Made by a program: the position numbers and the translations under genes
Assembly (NCBI RefSeq): GCF_006345805.1
Contig: NC_043023.1
Location: 19,654,001 to 19,718,000, forward strand
DNA: 64,000 nucleotides
Source: Octopus sinensis
Taxonomy: Eukaryota
Direction of reading: 5' to 3'
In this document: positions 25,635-37,246 of the stretch, in pieces
Numbering within the stretch: position 1 is the stretch's first letter
Layout: the number at the start of each line of letters is the position of its first letter
Notes under the pieces: model-generated
Seen by the model: the letters and a program-made list of their open reading frames with translations, nothing else
What the model was told of the DNA's origin: nothing
Database searches by the model: none

Positions 25635-26013
25635 TACGACAGGCTTCTTTCAGTTTCTGTCTACTAAATCCACTTACAAGGCATTGGTCGGCCCGGGGCT
25701 ATAGCAGAAGATACTTGCCCAAGATGCGACGCAGTGGGACTGAACCTGGAACCATGTGGTTGGTAAACAAGCTACTTACCACACAGCCACTCCTATATAT
25801 ATATATATATATATATACATATATACGACAGGCTTCTTTCAGTTTCCATCTACCAAATCCACTCACAAGGCATTGGTCGGCCCGGGGCTATAGCAGAAGA
25901 CACTTGCCAAAGATGCCACGCAGTGGGACTGAACCCGGAACCATGTGGTTGGTTAGCAAGCTACTTACCACACAGCCACTCCTAAAAAACTGCCGGTCAA
26001 ACCGAAAAGATCC
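25035..26013 (-). mobile_element. Same MITE with a nested two-headed SINE-A (~25394-25983)
   Basis: MITE body 25035-25393, terminal TIR 25984-26013, SINE in between. Confidence 0.75.
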
Positions 26014-26019
26014 GAATAT

Positions 26020-26610
26020 ATAGGCGCAGGAGTAGCTGTGTGGTAAGTAGGTTGTTTACCAACCACATGGTTCCGGGTTCATTCCCACTGCGTGGCATCT
26101 TGGGCAAGTGTCTTCTGCTATAGTCCCGGGCCAACCAATGCCTTGTGAGTGGATTTGGTAGATGGAAACTGAAAGAAGCCTGTCGTGTATATATATATAT
26201 ATATATATATATAGGAGTGGCTGTGTGGTAAGTAGCTTGTTTACCAACCACATGGTTCCAGGTTCAGTCCCACTGCGTGCCATCTTGGGCAAGTATCTTC
26301 TGCTATAGCCCCGGGCCGACCAATGCCTTGTAAGTGGATTTAGTAGACGGAAACTGAAAGAAGCCTGTCGTATATATGTATATATATATATGTGTGTGTG
26401 TGTGTCTGTGTTTGTCCCCCTAGCATTGCTTGACAACCGATGCTGGTGTGTTTACGTCCCCGTCACTTAGCGGTTCGGCAAAAAGAGACCAATAGAATAA
26501 GTACTGGGCTTACAAAGAATAAGTCCCGGGGTTGATTTGCTCGACTAAAAGACGGTGCTCCAGCATGGCTGCAGTCAAATGACTGAAACAAGTAAAAGAG
26601 TAAAAGAGTA
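26020..26610 (+). mobile_element. SINE-A (tRNA-derived head, CORE-like CTTGGGCAAG motif, central microsatellite, (TAAAAGAG)n tail), two heads, 14-bp TSD
   Basis: A box TGGCTGTGTGG, B box GGTTCAGTCCC; TSD AAAGATCCGAATAT at 26006-26019 and 26611-26624. Confidence 0.9.
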
Positions 26611-26679
26611 AAAGATCCGAATATTAATCCATTTTCTTCATCTTTTCTAATTAACCTCCTTTTTTCTCTTGTTTTGCAG

Positions 26680-27534
26680 TTGAAAAGCGTCGGACCGAAA
26701 TTGGTGCCATTCTTCAAGACTGTAGCTCTCTACTTTGTGTTGTTCCAAGACAAGAACCCACCAAGCATCTTCTGCTGCATCTTCAAATGCCTGCCCATCG
26801 TCTCCCTCATGCTCTTCGTCCTTCTTCACGGAATGAGTTTTAGTATCTATTATCGGTATTCGCGCCGCATCCTCATTGGGCTCATCTTCAGTTGCCTAGG
26901 CGACGCTTTCCTCGTGTGGAAAAAGACCTACTTCATCCACGGCATGGTGATGTTTGCCATCGCGCAGGCGGCCTACGCGCGGGCCTTTGGATGGCGCCCG
27001 TTCAACCCCTACGCTGCGACGGTCCTTGCCGTGTTCTGCGGCGTATCGTCCTCCTACGTCACCGCCGGGATGGACGCTAACAGTGGTATCCTCTTCTACA
27101 TGGTCATCGTGTACGGCGTGCTCATCTGCACGATGGCCTGGAGGGCCGTGGCCCGCGTCCAGTTTTTCGACGACCTCTGGACGTGGACGAAGCTCTGCAG
27201 CTGTGCCGGATCGATCCTCTTCATCATCTCTGATTTTATGATTGCCATCGATAAATTCCGCCACCCTGTGCCATACGCTCACACGCTAATCATGAGTACG
27301 TATTACGCGGCACAGCTCCTCATATCACTGTCCGTGGTTGACAGCCAAGCTGAAGAGCTCCTGGTCCTCACCCAGACCAAATACCCAACACAACAACAAG
27401 AACAACTACAACAACCAACACATGAACATAACGACAGCGATGACAACAACAGCAGCAGCAGCAGTCAAGATAACGAAGAGAAAATTAACGAACTTAATCA
27501 AAGAACACAACAAGAAGCTGGACTGATTAATTAA
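26680..27534 (+). CDS. TMEM86A: TMEM86A-like lysoplasmalogenase / YhhN-family membrane protein, main coding exon (short first coding exon not located)
   Basis: Acceptor tttttctcttgttttgcag|TTG. LKSVGPKLVPFFK...KCLPI...GLIFSCLGDAFLVW...LFIISD...IMSTYYAAQLLISLS closely follows TMEM86A (VKSEGPKLVPFFK...GDAFLIW...IMSTYYVAQ). TMEM86A versus TMEM86B assignment is from memory only. Confidence 0.92.
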   Translation: MKSVGPKLVPFFKTVALYFVLFQDKNPPSIFCCIFKCLPIVSLMLFVLLHGMSFSIYYRYSRRILIGLIFSCLGDAFLVWKKTYFIHGMVMFAIAQAAYARAFGWRPFNPYAATVLAVFCGVSSSYVTAGMDANSGILFYMVIVYGVLICTMAWRAVARVQFFDDLWTWTKLCSCAGSILFIISDFMIAIDKFRHPVPYAHTLIMSTYYAAQLLISLSVVDSQAEELLVLTQTKYPTQQQEQLQQPTHEHNDSDDNNSSSSSQDNEEKINELNQRTQQEAGLIN

Positions 27535-27764
27535 TTGATAATGATTAATTAATCAATTAATTAATTTTGATCATTCTGTTAATTAAGACATACAGCAAGA
27601 TTGGGCCGGGCCAGATGAAAATGAAATAAACGACCAAAGATAATGAAGACCATCATAACGAGATCAAGCTAACGAGTTTTTACCTCCACCGCCCAAACTT
27701 GAAATATCAAGAAACTGGACGGCTGCAATGTTTAATTAAATCATACATACACACACATTCACAT

Positions 27765-27810
<46 letters not shown>

Positions 27811-27929
27811 GAACATGCATGCACGCATAGTTGACCGACCAGAAGGCAGCAACAAGCAAAACAATGTCTGCCAGTTGTCACGATGAAACAAGGAGATCGT
27901 TGACGAAATTTACCCCACAAAATTAGCAT

Positions 27930-28720
27930 AACCAGTAGCTGGATTAATTAAATAGATAACTAATTAAAACACACACAATCGTTAAGAATTGGCCGACCAG
28001 AAAACAACAACATCACTTTGGCTACCACCACCAATAACTTAACGAAGAGATGGATAACGAACTTTGTCCAAAATTAATATAACCTGTAGCTGGATTAATT
28101 AAATAGATAACTAATTAAAACACACACAATCGTTAAGAATTGGCCGACCAGAAAACAACAACATCACTTTGGCTACCACCACCAATAACTTAACGAAGAG
28201 ATGGATAACGAACTTTGTCCAAAATTAATATAACCTGTAGCCAGATTAATTAAATAGATAACTAATTAAAACACACACAATCGTTAAGAATTGGCCGACC
28301 AGAAAACAACAACATCACTTTGGCTACCACCACCAATAACTTAACGAAGAGATGGATAACGAACTTTGTCCAAAATTAATATAACCTGTAGCCAGATTAA
28401 TTAAATAGATAACTAATTAAAACACACAATCGTTAAAAATTGGCCGACCAGAAAACAACAACAACAACATCAAGAGTTAATATGATGAAGCACGCTACCT
28501 TAACGAACAGGTGGGTAATGACCTTTACCCAAAATTAACGTAACCTGTAGCTGGATTAATTAAATAGATAACTAATTAAAACACACAATCGTTAAGAATT
28601 GGCCGACCAGAAAACAAAAACAACACTTTGGCTACCACCACCAATACCTTAACGAAGAGATGGATAACGAACTTTGCCCAAAATTAATATAACCTGTAGC
28701 CAGAATAATTAGATAGCTAA
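27930..28720 (+). repeat. Tandem repeat, ~5 x ~151 bp, downstream of the TMEM86A stop (probable 3' UTR)
   Basis: The AACCTGTAGC marker occurs at ~28081, 28232, 28383, 28542 and 28691. Confidence 0.9.
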
Positions 28721-31619
28721 TTAAATAATTAGTTAACAATTACATACACCTTCTCATGAAGAATTTGCAGACCACAATAGCAACAACAACAACTCTAACT
28801 GTAGCAGTGGCTGTGATGAAACATGTTACCTTAACGAGATGAATAATGAACTTTACCTGAAAATTGGAGTTACAAGAAGCTGTGGTAATTAATAAATTTA
28901 CTCCACTACACACACACACACACACACACATACATACACATACATACACATACATACATGCATATACAAGGAAAATACAGAAATGATAACTATTATGCCC
29001 CGCCATGTTAACGAGAAGGATAATTAATTTGTCCCAAATTAACGATGAGAAGTTGAGTTATTGCTAATTGATTTTAAATTTATTTAATTAATGCTTATGC
29101 AAAGAATTGTCTGACTGGCTGGCCAGACAGTAAAGAGAATGATTTAACTCTGATTAATGAGGAGAGATAACGAGTTTCACCAAAATTTGTGATAACAAAT
29201 GCAGGACCAAATTAATTTAAGTACACACACACACACACACACACTGAGTAATGACCCTGGTGAAAAAAAAAAATTACGAGGAACCAATTAACAAATTTAC
29301 CCAAATTTGCAACAGGAGAATGGACAAATTTATTAATTAACATGCACAAACACACACACTAATGAATGACCATTGATTAACAAAAGGAGAAGAAAAGTAA
29401 CAACGAACTTAACCATGAATTGCAACAAAAACCTGTACTAATTAAGTCATAATTTTAACGAACACCAACACGCATGTCTATGTATCCACAGAGCAAGAAT
29501 CAGAAGAACCAGAAATCAACCAGAACAGTCGTTAGCAAATTTAATGTATATGTCCAAAACCTGTGGCGATATACTGTGCTTGAAGAGACCAATGAAGCTA
29601 AATGAGATCATAGCTGTGGCCTATGCCAATGTTTCCTAACTGGCACCGGTGGCACACACACATACACACACACACACACACACTTGTCTCTAAGTCGGTC
29701 AACAAAAAGCTCAGGTGTCTGAATAGAGAAGTATCACATATTGCTCCAGTTTTATTCAGTTCAATTAGGTGAATATTTAGAGTTCAAGAAACTATACTCT
29801 TATATACAGTATTGAGTTCATTTTCAATCACTTGTTATCATTAACCAAACACCGAAGCAGTCAAAAACACCCAAATTAAGAATTGAATTAGTCAGTCAGT
29901 AAGCAGTAATACCGACAATGCTCACGGCTCTGATAATTAACATATCCTTAACAAGCATACAAATAATGAATTTACCAAAAAATTATAAGTTGTTGATACA
30001 AGCACGCATTCAGATATATAAAAATGTATAAAACTTGGCCAGCCAGGAGATGGATTACCAAAGATGATGGCTAGAATAATAATTAAAATCTTAATGAAGA
30101 AATGGATAAAGTTATTGATAATTGTGTAAGATTGGAAAAATACAAAAATCTACCCAGAAAAGCCATTGCAATCACATTGTGACTATGTATATACATACAT
30201 AGTCACAATATACATACATGCACATATACATACCTATATATATATACACACACACACACACACATATACATACACACATGTATACACAAGCACATACAGA
30301 CATACATACACATGCACACATATACATAGAAATATACACACACATATATACACACACATATATACACACGCAAGTAATTGAAATGTGTCCTGGCAGGAAT
30401 TGAACTTGGATGTTCAGGAAACAAAACAGCAAGCTTAACGAGTTGTTGTAACAACAAAAATCTGAATTAATCAGTTAATTAATTATTTATTTAATTAATT
30501 AATAAATAACTAGTCCCTAATCATTAATCGCTAACACTCTCACACTTGGACATACTTATGTAAAACAAAAATAAATTTAAGAATCTGCTGGCCAGAAAAT
30601 AAACAATACCAAAAATGGATCAAGCTACAGTAATTATTAAATAATTATCAAAATCCTTAACGAAGCAGAGACTGCAAAGGATCTTGCCAAAAGCCAAATA
30701 TTAGAAAATTAGAAAAAAAAAAAAATTTTAATCAACCTTGGCGTGATTTGAACACAGAACCTAGAAATGTGAAGATGTGATTAACTACCTGAAGGCGTTC
30801 TGTCCACTTATAGGTGATCTATGAGCAAAATCGATAGAGCATCGGACATAAACATCTTGTTGTGGTTGTCTCCGTTTTGAGTTCAATTCTGAGGACAGCT
30901 GTGAATTTTTACTCTTTATTCTTCCAAAGAAGATGGACACCGTACCAGTTATATACTGGGGACTGGATGATTTTTTTTTTTTTTTTTTTGTTTGGTTTCT
31001 AATGATTACGGAGGAGGAAGCACGAGCGACGGCACGATGTGACACTTTGCATCTGGCACACGACCCGAAACCGTCCAAATGAGCACTTTTCAGAGAGACA
31101 CAAAGGTGCGTGTGGACAGACTCCTCGTGTGCCAACAGTGGCACAAAACAGTTTAATTATTGTTTTTCTTTTTTTTTTTTTAAATAATAAAAATTTTTTT
31201 GTTTAATATCACACCATATTTCATGTTCTGCCATTCCAGCGTTTATTTATTTAATTAATTAATTAATAATAATAATTAATATGATGATGGTGATTCGTTA
31301 AAACTTCTTCAAGGATACTGAATTCCAGGAATTGTTATTACAAGACAATAACTGACACAAAAAAATTTCCACCACGTATATACACGTATGTGTATAGTAT
31401 AAATACACACACACACACATACATACATTCATGAATGTCAAATGACAAGAATGAGTGCTCAACACCTCATTGGTGGATAAAATTTCTTTATTTGTGTATT
31501 AAGGCTACCATTGGTTTCATGCCCAGAAAAATATTTTAATATCTTAACAATTTTTTATGCTGATCACACAGAGGAATGGTGTTCCTCTCCATGCTGAATT
31601 AAAAAAAACACAAAATGTC

Positions 31620-32032
31620 GAATCTTTTCGGTTTGAACGGCAGTTTTTTCTAGCGGGGTCATGTGAAATTGTCGCCCATAATTATGACCCTAGTATCGAT
31701 CTATTGCATTTCAATCTGTTTTAGGGTTAGGGGTGGGGGAAAGGGTATCTTTTTTTTCTTCACTTATGTAAATAAACCCAATCTGTTTCTTAAACGAGGG
31801 ACATATTCATACCGCACAGAATGTTTTTTACCTCAATAGATGTCAGTGATTGGTTGAAATTGCAGGAATTGAAGAAGAAAAAAGACAAATATCTTACAAA
31901 CTGTAGAATTTTTAAAATAAAGCCAAGAGAAAAAGATGTTTTATAAACACATTCTACCAGTATACGAAGTTTTAAATTTTTTTAGTTACCTAGAAATTAT
32001 GTTAAAAACTGTCGTTCAAACCAAAAAGATCC
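31620..32032 (-). mobile_element. Same MITE with perfect 8-bp TSD
   Basis: AAAATGTC at 31612-31619 and 32033-32040. Confidence 0.9.
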
Positions 32033-32776
32033 AAAATGTCTTATGAAATGTCTCAGGAGTTCACCTATTAAGAAAACAAGGGGCACTACTCTTGGAGTGA
32101 TTATCTCCCTTGAGTTTGAATTTGGGATCAGGAGAAAGCATGCTGATTTCATCCAAAATGGAGATTAAAGCCATTCGTCCCTGTGATCGGCTTGAACAGT
32201 TGTTAAGATATTATGGTATTTTCTATAACATGAAACCATTGGTAACCTTAATATAAGCATGTATCTATATCAATTTTTAAAGTTATCACTACCAATTTTC
32301 TAGAGAAACTAGGGCCTACACTGAAAGTTATGACATTTCATATACACATATATCTCTAATCAATGCGATCAAAGATAGAAAAACAGGTACCTACATTGCT
32401 GTTTTTCTTTCTTTGTTTACATAGACTTGCTCATATATAAAACATTGTAACATTCAATGCTGGCTCCAGTTTCTATAGAAAATTTCTGTAGAAATAAATT
32501 TAAAACTGAGTTAATTGCACTGCTGACACAGGTAGGACAGTGCTGATTTCTTATAAGTCTTTAATATACTTCGTCATATATCATGGTTGCATAACGAAAT
32601 ACAGCATCTCTACCAGAAATGAATATAAATATTTATATATATATACCGGAGTAAACACATGAATGTGAAACAAGGTGGAAAAAAGAGTACTCAAATACCA
32701 GAGGTAGAGTAATATGCTTTCTTTAAAGCAGCAGAAAATTCAACAAAACCTGTTACTCAACAAAATTCAACAAAAC

Positions 32777-32814
32777 CTGTTACTCTGAGTTTCACGTTCC
32801 CGTTCGTCACACAG
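32777..32814 (-). ncRNA. Hammerhead-like motif with one core substitution (GUGACGA), mirror partner of 32838-32875
   Basis: CUGU-GUGACGA-ACG(GGAA)CGU-GAAA-CUC A GAG-UA^ACAG; C3 is changed to G. Confidence 0.55.
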
Positions 32815-32837
32815 TTTTTGCTAGATTCTAGCAAAAA

Positions 32838-32875
32838 CTGTCCGATGAACGGAAACGTGAAACTCAGAGTAACAG
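32838..32875 (+). ncRNA. Hammerhead-like motif with one core substitution (CCGAUGA)
   Basis: CUGU-CCGAUGA-ACG(GAAA)CGU-GAAA-CUC A GAG-UA^ACAG; U4 is changed to C. Confidence 0.55.
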
Positions 32876-32908
32876 GTTTTGTTGAATTTTCTGCAGCTTT
32901 AAATAAAG

Positions 32909-32965
<57 letters not shown>

Positions 32966-33577
32966 CCGGAGTAACACATAAATGTGAAACAAGGTGGAAA
33001 AAAGAGTACTCAAATACCAGAGGTAGAGTAATATGGTTTATTTAAAAGCAGCAGAAATTTAACAAAAGCTGTTACTTGGAGTTTCACGTCTTCTTGTGGT
33101 TGTCTCCATTCTGAGTTCAATTCTGAGGTCAGCTGTGAATTTTTACAGTTTATTCTTCCGAAGAACGGGAACGTGAAACTCCGAGTAACAGCTTTTGTTA
33201 AATTTCTGCTGCTTTTAAATAAGTATATATATATATAGCATGGTCCAAACCATGCTAGCATGGAAAACGGACGCTAAATGATGATGATGATGATGATGAT
33301 GATGTGATGATATATATATATAAAATATTAGGGAGTAAATCCAAACTTACAGGCAAAAATTAGATTTAGGATTAAATCTAATTTTCTAGTATAAATATAT
33401 ATTATATTAAATTAGAGATAAAACCACTATTAGGCCAATCAAACAGTGAAAATCATAATCCAATACATAGAAATAAAATTAATTTTAAAAATATATTAAA
33501 AAAAATTATTAATTTAAATAATTTTTTAAATTTTAACTTTAAATTTAAATAATATAAATTTTGAATTTTATTTTTTA

Positions 33578-34079
33578 CTAGCAGTATCGCCCGGCGTTGC
33601 TCGGGTTTGTAAGGGAAATAACTATATAAGCATTTTTAGAGAGTTACTTCCCTTATAGATACCAATTCGGGCTTTCTTAGCCATTTCTGTTTTGGTGTCT
33701 TCAAGCCATGAAGTCGTTGTTCTAAAAGAACGCCGGTCTCCTTGAAAACGCTTTACGACGTTGATTTCCTTACACTCCCTTCCCCACAGCTTCACGAGGG
33801 AGGGAAGAAGGGGGAGAAGCAAACAGGCGCAGGTGTGACCATGGACGCCAACTCCGCCGCCATCGACACACGAAAAATTATGCATTAAAATGGAATAAAA
33901 AATATTTTTAAAATCGTAGACTCATCGTAGACGCGCGCTAATACCCAGACGGGCTCGATATGAATGACGACTATAAGATACCCGAATTTGGTTAAACTGC
34001 ACCGCAAAATGTGGGAGTAGCTAGGAATCTAAATCGAAGGGGACAGACACTCACGCAACTACAGTTTTATATATATAGA
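33578..34079 (-). mobile_element. Non-autonomous Helitron, family H1
   Basis: Reverse-complement copy of 71-577 with intact termini. Confidence 0.85.
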
Positions 34080-34496
34080 TATATTTTATTAATTTTATTT
34101 CTATGTATTGGTTTATGATTTTCACTGTTTGATTTGCCTAGTAGTGGTTTTATCTCTAATTTAATATAATATATATAATATATATATATATATAAGTACC
34201 CGCTTCGCTAAAAATACTTCTAAGCTTCTGTGGTTGAGGAGTATTTTGACTTCTAATTTTATCAAAGCAGGTTCTTATGTAATGCCCTTCTATACATAAG
34301 TATGCGGTAGAACCTTGCTTTACAAGTGCCCCATTATATGAATAATTTGCTGTACGAGCTGAGACTTGTTTGAATTTTTGTCTTGAGGTATGAGCGGAAA
34401 TCCGCAGTACGTGGACACAAATCATCCCATCTTTAAGGTAATTCAGTTAATAAAACCAGTTTTCATATTTCTTTTGCATTCTCTTTTTTATAATTA

Positions 34497-36700
34497 TCCA
34501 CGTTCGGATGGTGCTTTTTATGTTCCACCTGCACGGAAGCCAGTCAAGGCTGCGCTGGTATCGGCTACGTTCGGATGGTGCTTTTTATGTTCCACCTGCA
34601 CGGAAGCCAGTCAAGGCTGCGCTGGTATCGGCTACGTTCGGATGGTGCTTTTTATGTTCCACCTGCACGGAAGGCAGTCAAGGCTGCGCTGGTATCGGCT
34701 ACGTTCGGATGGTGCTTTTTATGTTCCACCTGCACGGAAGCCAGTCAAGGCTGCGCTGGTATCGGCCACGTTCGGATGGTGCTTTTTATGTTCCACCTGC
34801 ACGGAAGCCAGTCAAGGCTGCGCTGGTATCGGCTACGTTCGGATGGTGCTTTTTATGTTCCACCTGCACGGAAGCCAGTCAAGGCTGCGCTGGTATCGGC
34901 TACGTTCGGATGGTGCTTTTTTTATGCCACCGGCACGGAAGCCAGTCAAGGTGGCGCTGGCATCGGCTACGTTCGGATGGTGCTTTTTATGTGCCACCGG
35001 CACGGAAGCCAGTCAAGGCTACGCTGGTATCGGCTACGTTCGGATGGTGCTTTTTATGTGCCACCGGCACGGAAGCCAGTCAAGGCTGCGCTGGTATCGG
35101 CTACGTTCGGATGGTGCTTTTTATGTGCCACCAGCACGGAAGCCAGTCAAGGCTGCGCTGGTATCGGCTACGTTCCGATGGTGCTTTTTATGTGCCACCA
35201 GCACGGAAGCCAGTCAAGGCTGCGCTGTTATCGGCTACGTTCGGATGGTGCTTTTTATGTGCCACCGGCACGGAAGCCAGTCAAGGCTGCGCTGTTATCG
35301 GCTACGTTCGGATGGTGCTTTTTATGTGCCACCGGCACGGAAGCCAGTCAAGGCTGCGCTGTTATCGGCTACGTTCGGATGGTGCTTTTTATGTGCCACC
35401 GGCACGGAAGCCAGTCAAGGCTGCGCTGGTATCGGCCACGTTCGGATGGTGCTTTTTATGTGCCACCGGCACGGAAGCCAGTCAAGGCTACGCTGGTATC
35501 GGCTACGTTCGGATGGTGCTTTTTATGTGCCACCAGCACAGAAGCCAGTCAAGGCTGCGATGGTATCGGCTACGTTCGGATGGTGCTTTTTATGTGCCAC
35601 CAGCACGGAAGCCAGTCAAGGCTGCGCTGGTATCGGCTACGTTCGGATGGTGCTTTTTATGTGCCACCAGCACAGAAGCCAGTCAAGGCTGCGCTGGTAT
35701 CGGCTACGTTCGGATGGTGCTTTTTATGTGCCACCAGCACGGAAGCCAGTCAAGGCTGCGCTGGTATCGGCTACGTTCGGATGGTGCTTTTTATGTTCCA
35801 CCTGCACGGAAGCCAGTCAAGGCTGCGCTGGTATCGGCTACGTTCGGATGGTGCTTTTTATGTTCCACCTGCACGGAAGCCAGTCAAGGCTGCGCTGGTA
35901 TCGGCTACGTTCGGATGGTGCTTTTTATGTTCCACCTGCACGGAAGCCAGTCAAGGCTACGCTGGTATCGGCTACGTTCGGATGGTGCTTTTTATGTTCC
36001 ACCTGCACGGAAGCCAGTCAAGGCTGCGCTGGTATCGGCTACGTTCGGATGGTGCTTTTTATGTGCCACCGGCACGGAAGCCAGTCGAGGCTGCGCTGGT
36101 ATCGGCCACGTTCGGATGGTGCTTTTTACATGCCACCAGCACGGAAGCCAGTCAAGGCTGCGCTGGTATCGGCCACGTTCGGATGGTGCTTTTTATGTGC
36201 CACCGGCACGGAAGCCAGTCAAGGCTACGCTGGTATCGGCTACGTTCGGATGGTGCTTTTTATGTGCCACCAGCACGGAAGCCAGTCAAGGCTGCGCTGG
36301 TATCGGCTACGTTCCGATGGTGCTTTTTATGTGCCACCAGCACGGAAGCCAGTCAAGGCTGCGCTGTTATCGGCTATGTTCGGATGGTGCTTTTTATGTG
36401 CCACCGGCACGGAAGCCAGTCAAGGCTGCGCTGGTATCGGCCACGTTCGGATGGTGCTTTTTATGTGCCACCGGCACGGAAGCCAGTCAAGGCTACGCTG
36501 GTATCGGCTACGTTCGGATGGTGCTTTTTATGTGCCACCAGCACAGAAGCCAGTCAAGGCTGCGATGGTATCGGCTACGTTCGGATGGTGCTTTTTACAT
36601 GCCACCAGCACGGAAGCCAGTCAAGGCTGCGCTGGTATCGGCCACGTTCAGATGGTGCTTTTTATGTGCCACCGGCATGGGTATCACAACTACAATTTCC
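34497..36700. repeat. 67-bp minisatellite, ~33 copies, expanded from the family D subrepeat
   Basis: Unit CACGGAAGCCAGTCAAGGCTGCGCTGGTATCGGCTACGTTCGGATGGTGCTTTTTATGTGCCACCGG; the array runs out into normal family D sequence at ~36680. Confidence 0.95.
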
Positions 36701-36880
36701 ATCTACACCTTTTCTGTTTTAAAACCCATTATAAATTATTTTTGAGTTGTTTTGGGGGACTGGAACGGATTAATTATATTTTAGTTACTTTGATTGGTGA
36801 AAATTGATTTGTAAAACGAATAAATCATAGGACAAATTTGCTCATACAACGAATTAAACTCGTACAACAGGTGGAGTGGA

Positions 36881-37246
36881 AGCACTCCATCGGTTACGAC
36901 AATGAGGGTTCCGGTTAATCCGAATCAACGGAACAGCCTGCTCGTGAAATTAACGTGTAAGTGGCTGAGCACTCCACAGACACGTGTACCCTTAACGTAG
37001 TTCTCGGGGATATTCAGCGTGACACAGAGAGTGACAAGGCCGGCCCTTTGAAATACAGGTACAACAGAAACAGGAAGTAAGAGTGAGAGAAAGTTGTGGT
37101 GAAAGAGTAAAGCAGGGATCACCACCATCCCCTGCCGGAGCCTCATGGAGCTTTAGGTGTTTTCGCTCAATAAACACTCACAACGCCCAGTCTGGGAATC
37201 GAAACCGCGAGTCCGCTGCCTTAACCACTGGGCCATTGCGCCTCCA
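36881..37246 (-). mobile_element. SINE-B head with tail type 2
   Basis: Head shared with 11008-11297; unrelated tail ...GTTAATTTCACGAGCAGGCTGTTCCG... Confidence 0.8.

Larger units (their letters stand above)
32646..33222. mobile_element. Two adjacent inverted-repeat remnants of a Penelope-like (pLTR-type) family
   Basis: The units 32646-32907 and ~32966-33222 share sequence. Each is a long minus-sense arm plus a short plus-sense arm that stops at TTTAAATAA(A)G before (TA)n. Hammerhead-like motifs point outward from the centre. PLE assignment is inferred. Confidence 0.55.

Noticed and set aside
26674-26679. ORF-track start MQ for TMEM86A
   Set aside because: TTG CAG is the splice acceptor (…ttttgcag|); the true start codon should lie in an upstream exon.
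34390-36807. Three overlapping 715-805-aa ORFs as a real protein gene
   Set aside because: They are fully explained by a stop-free 67-bp minisatellite derived from a dispersed repeat; there is no domain and no splice or promoter context.
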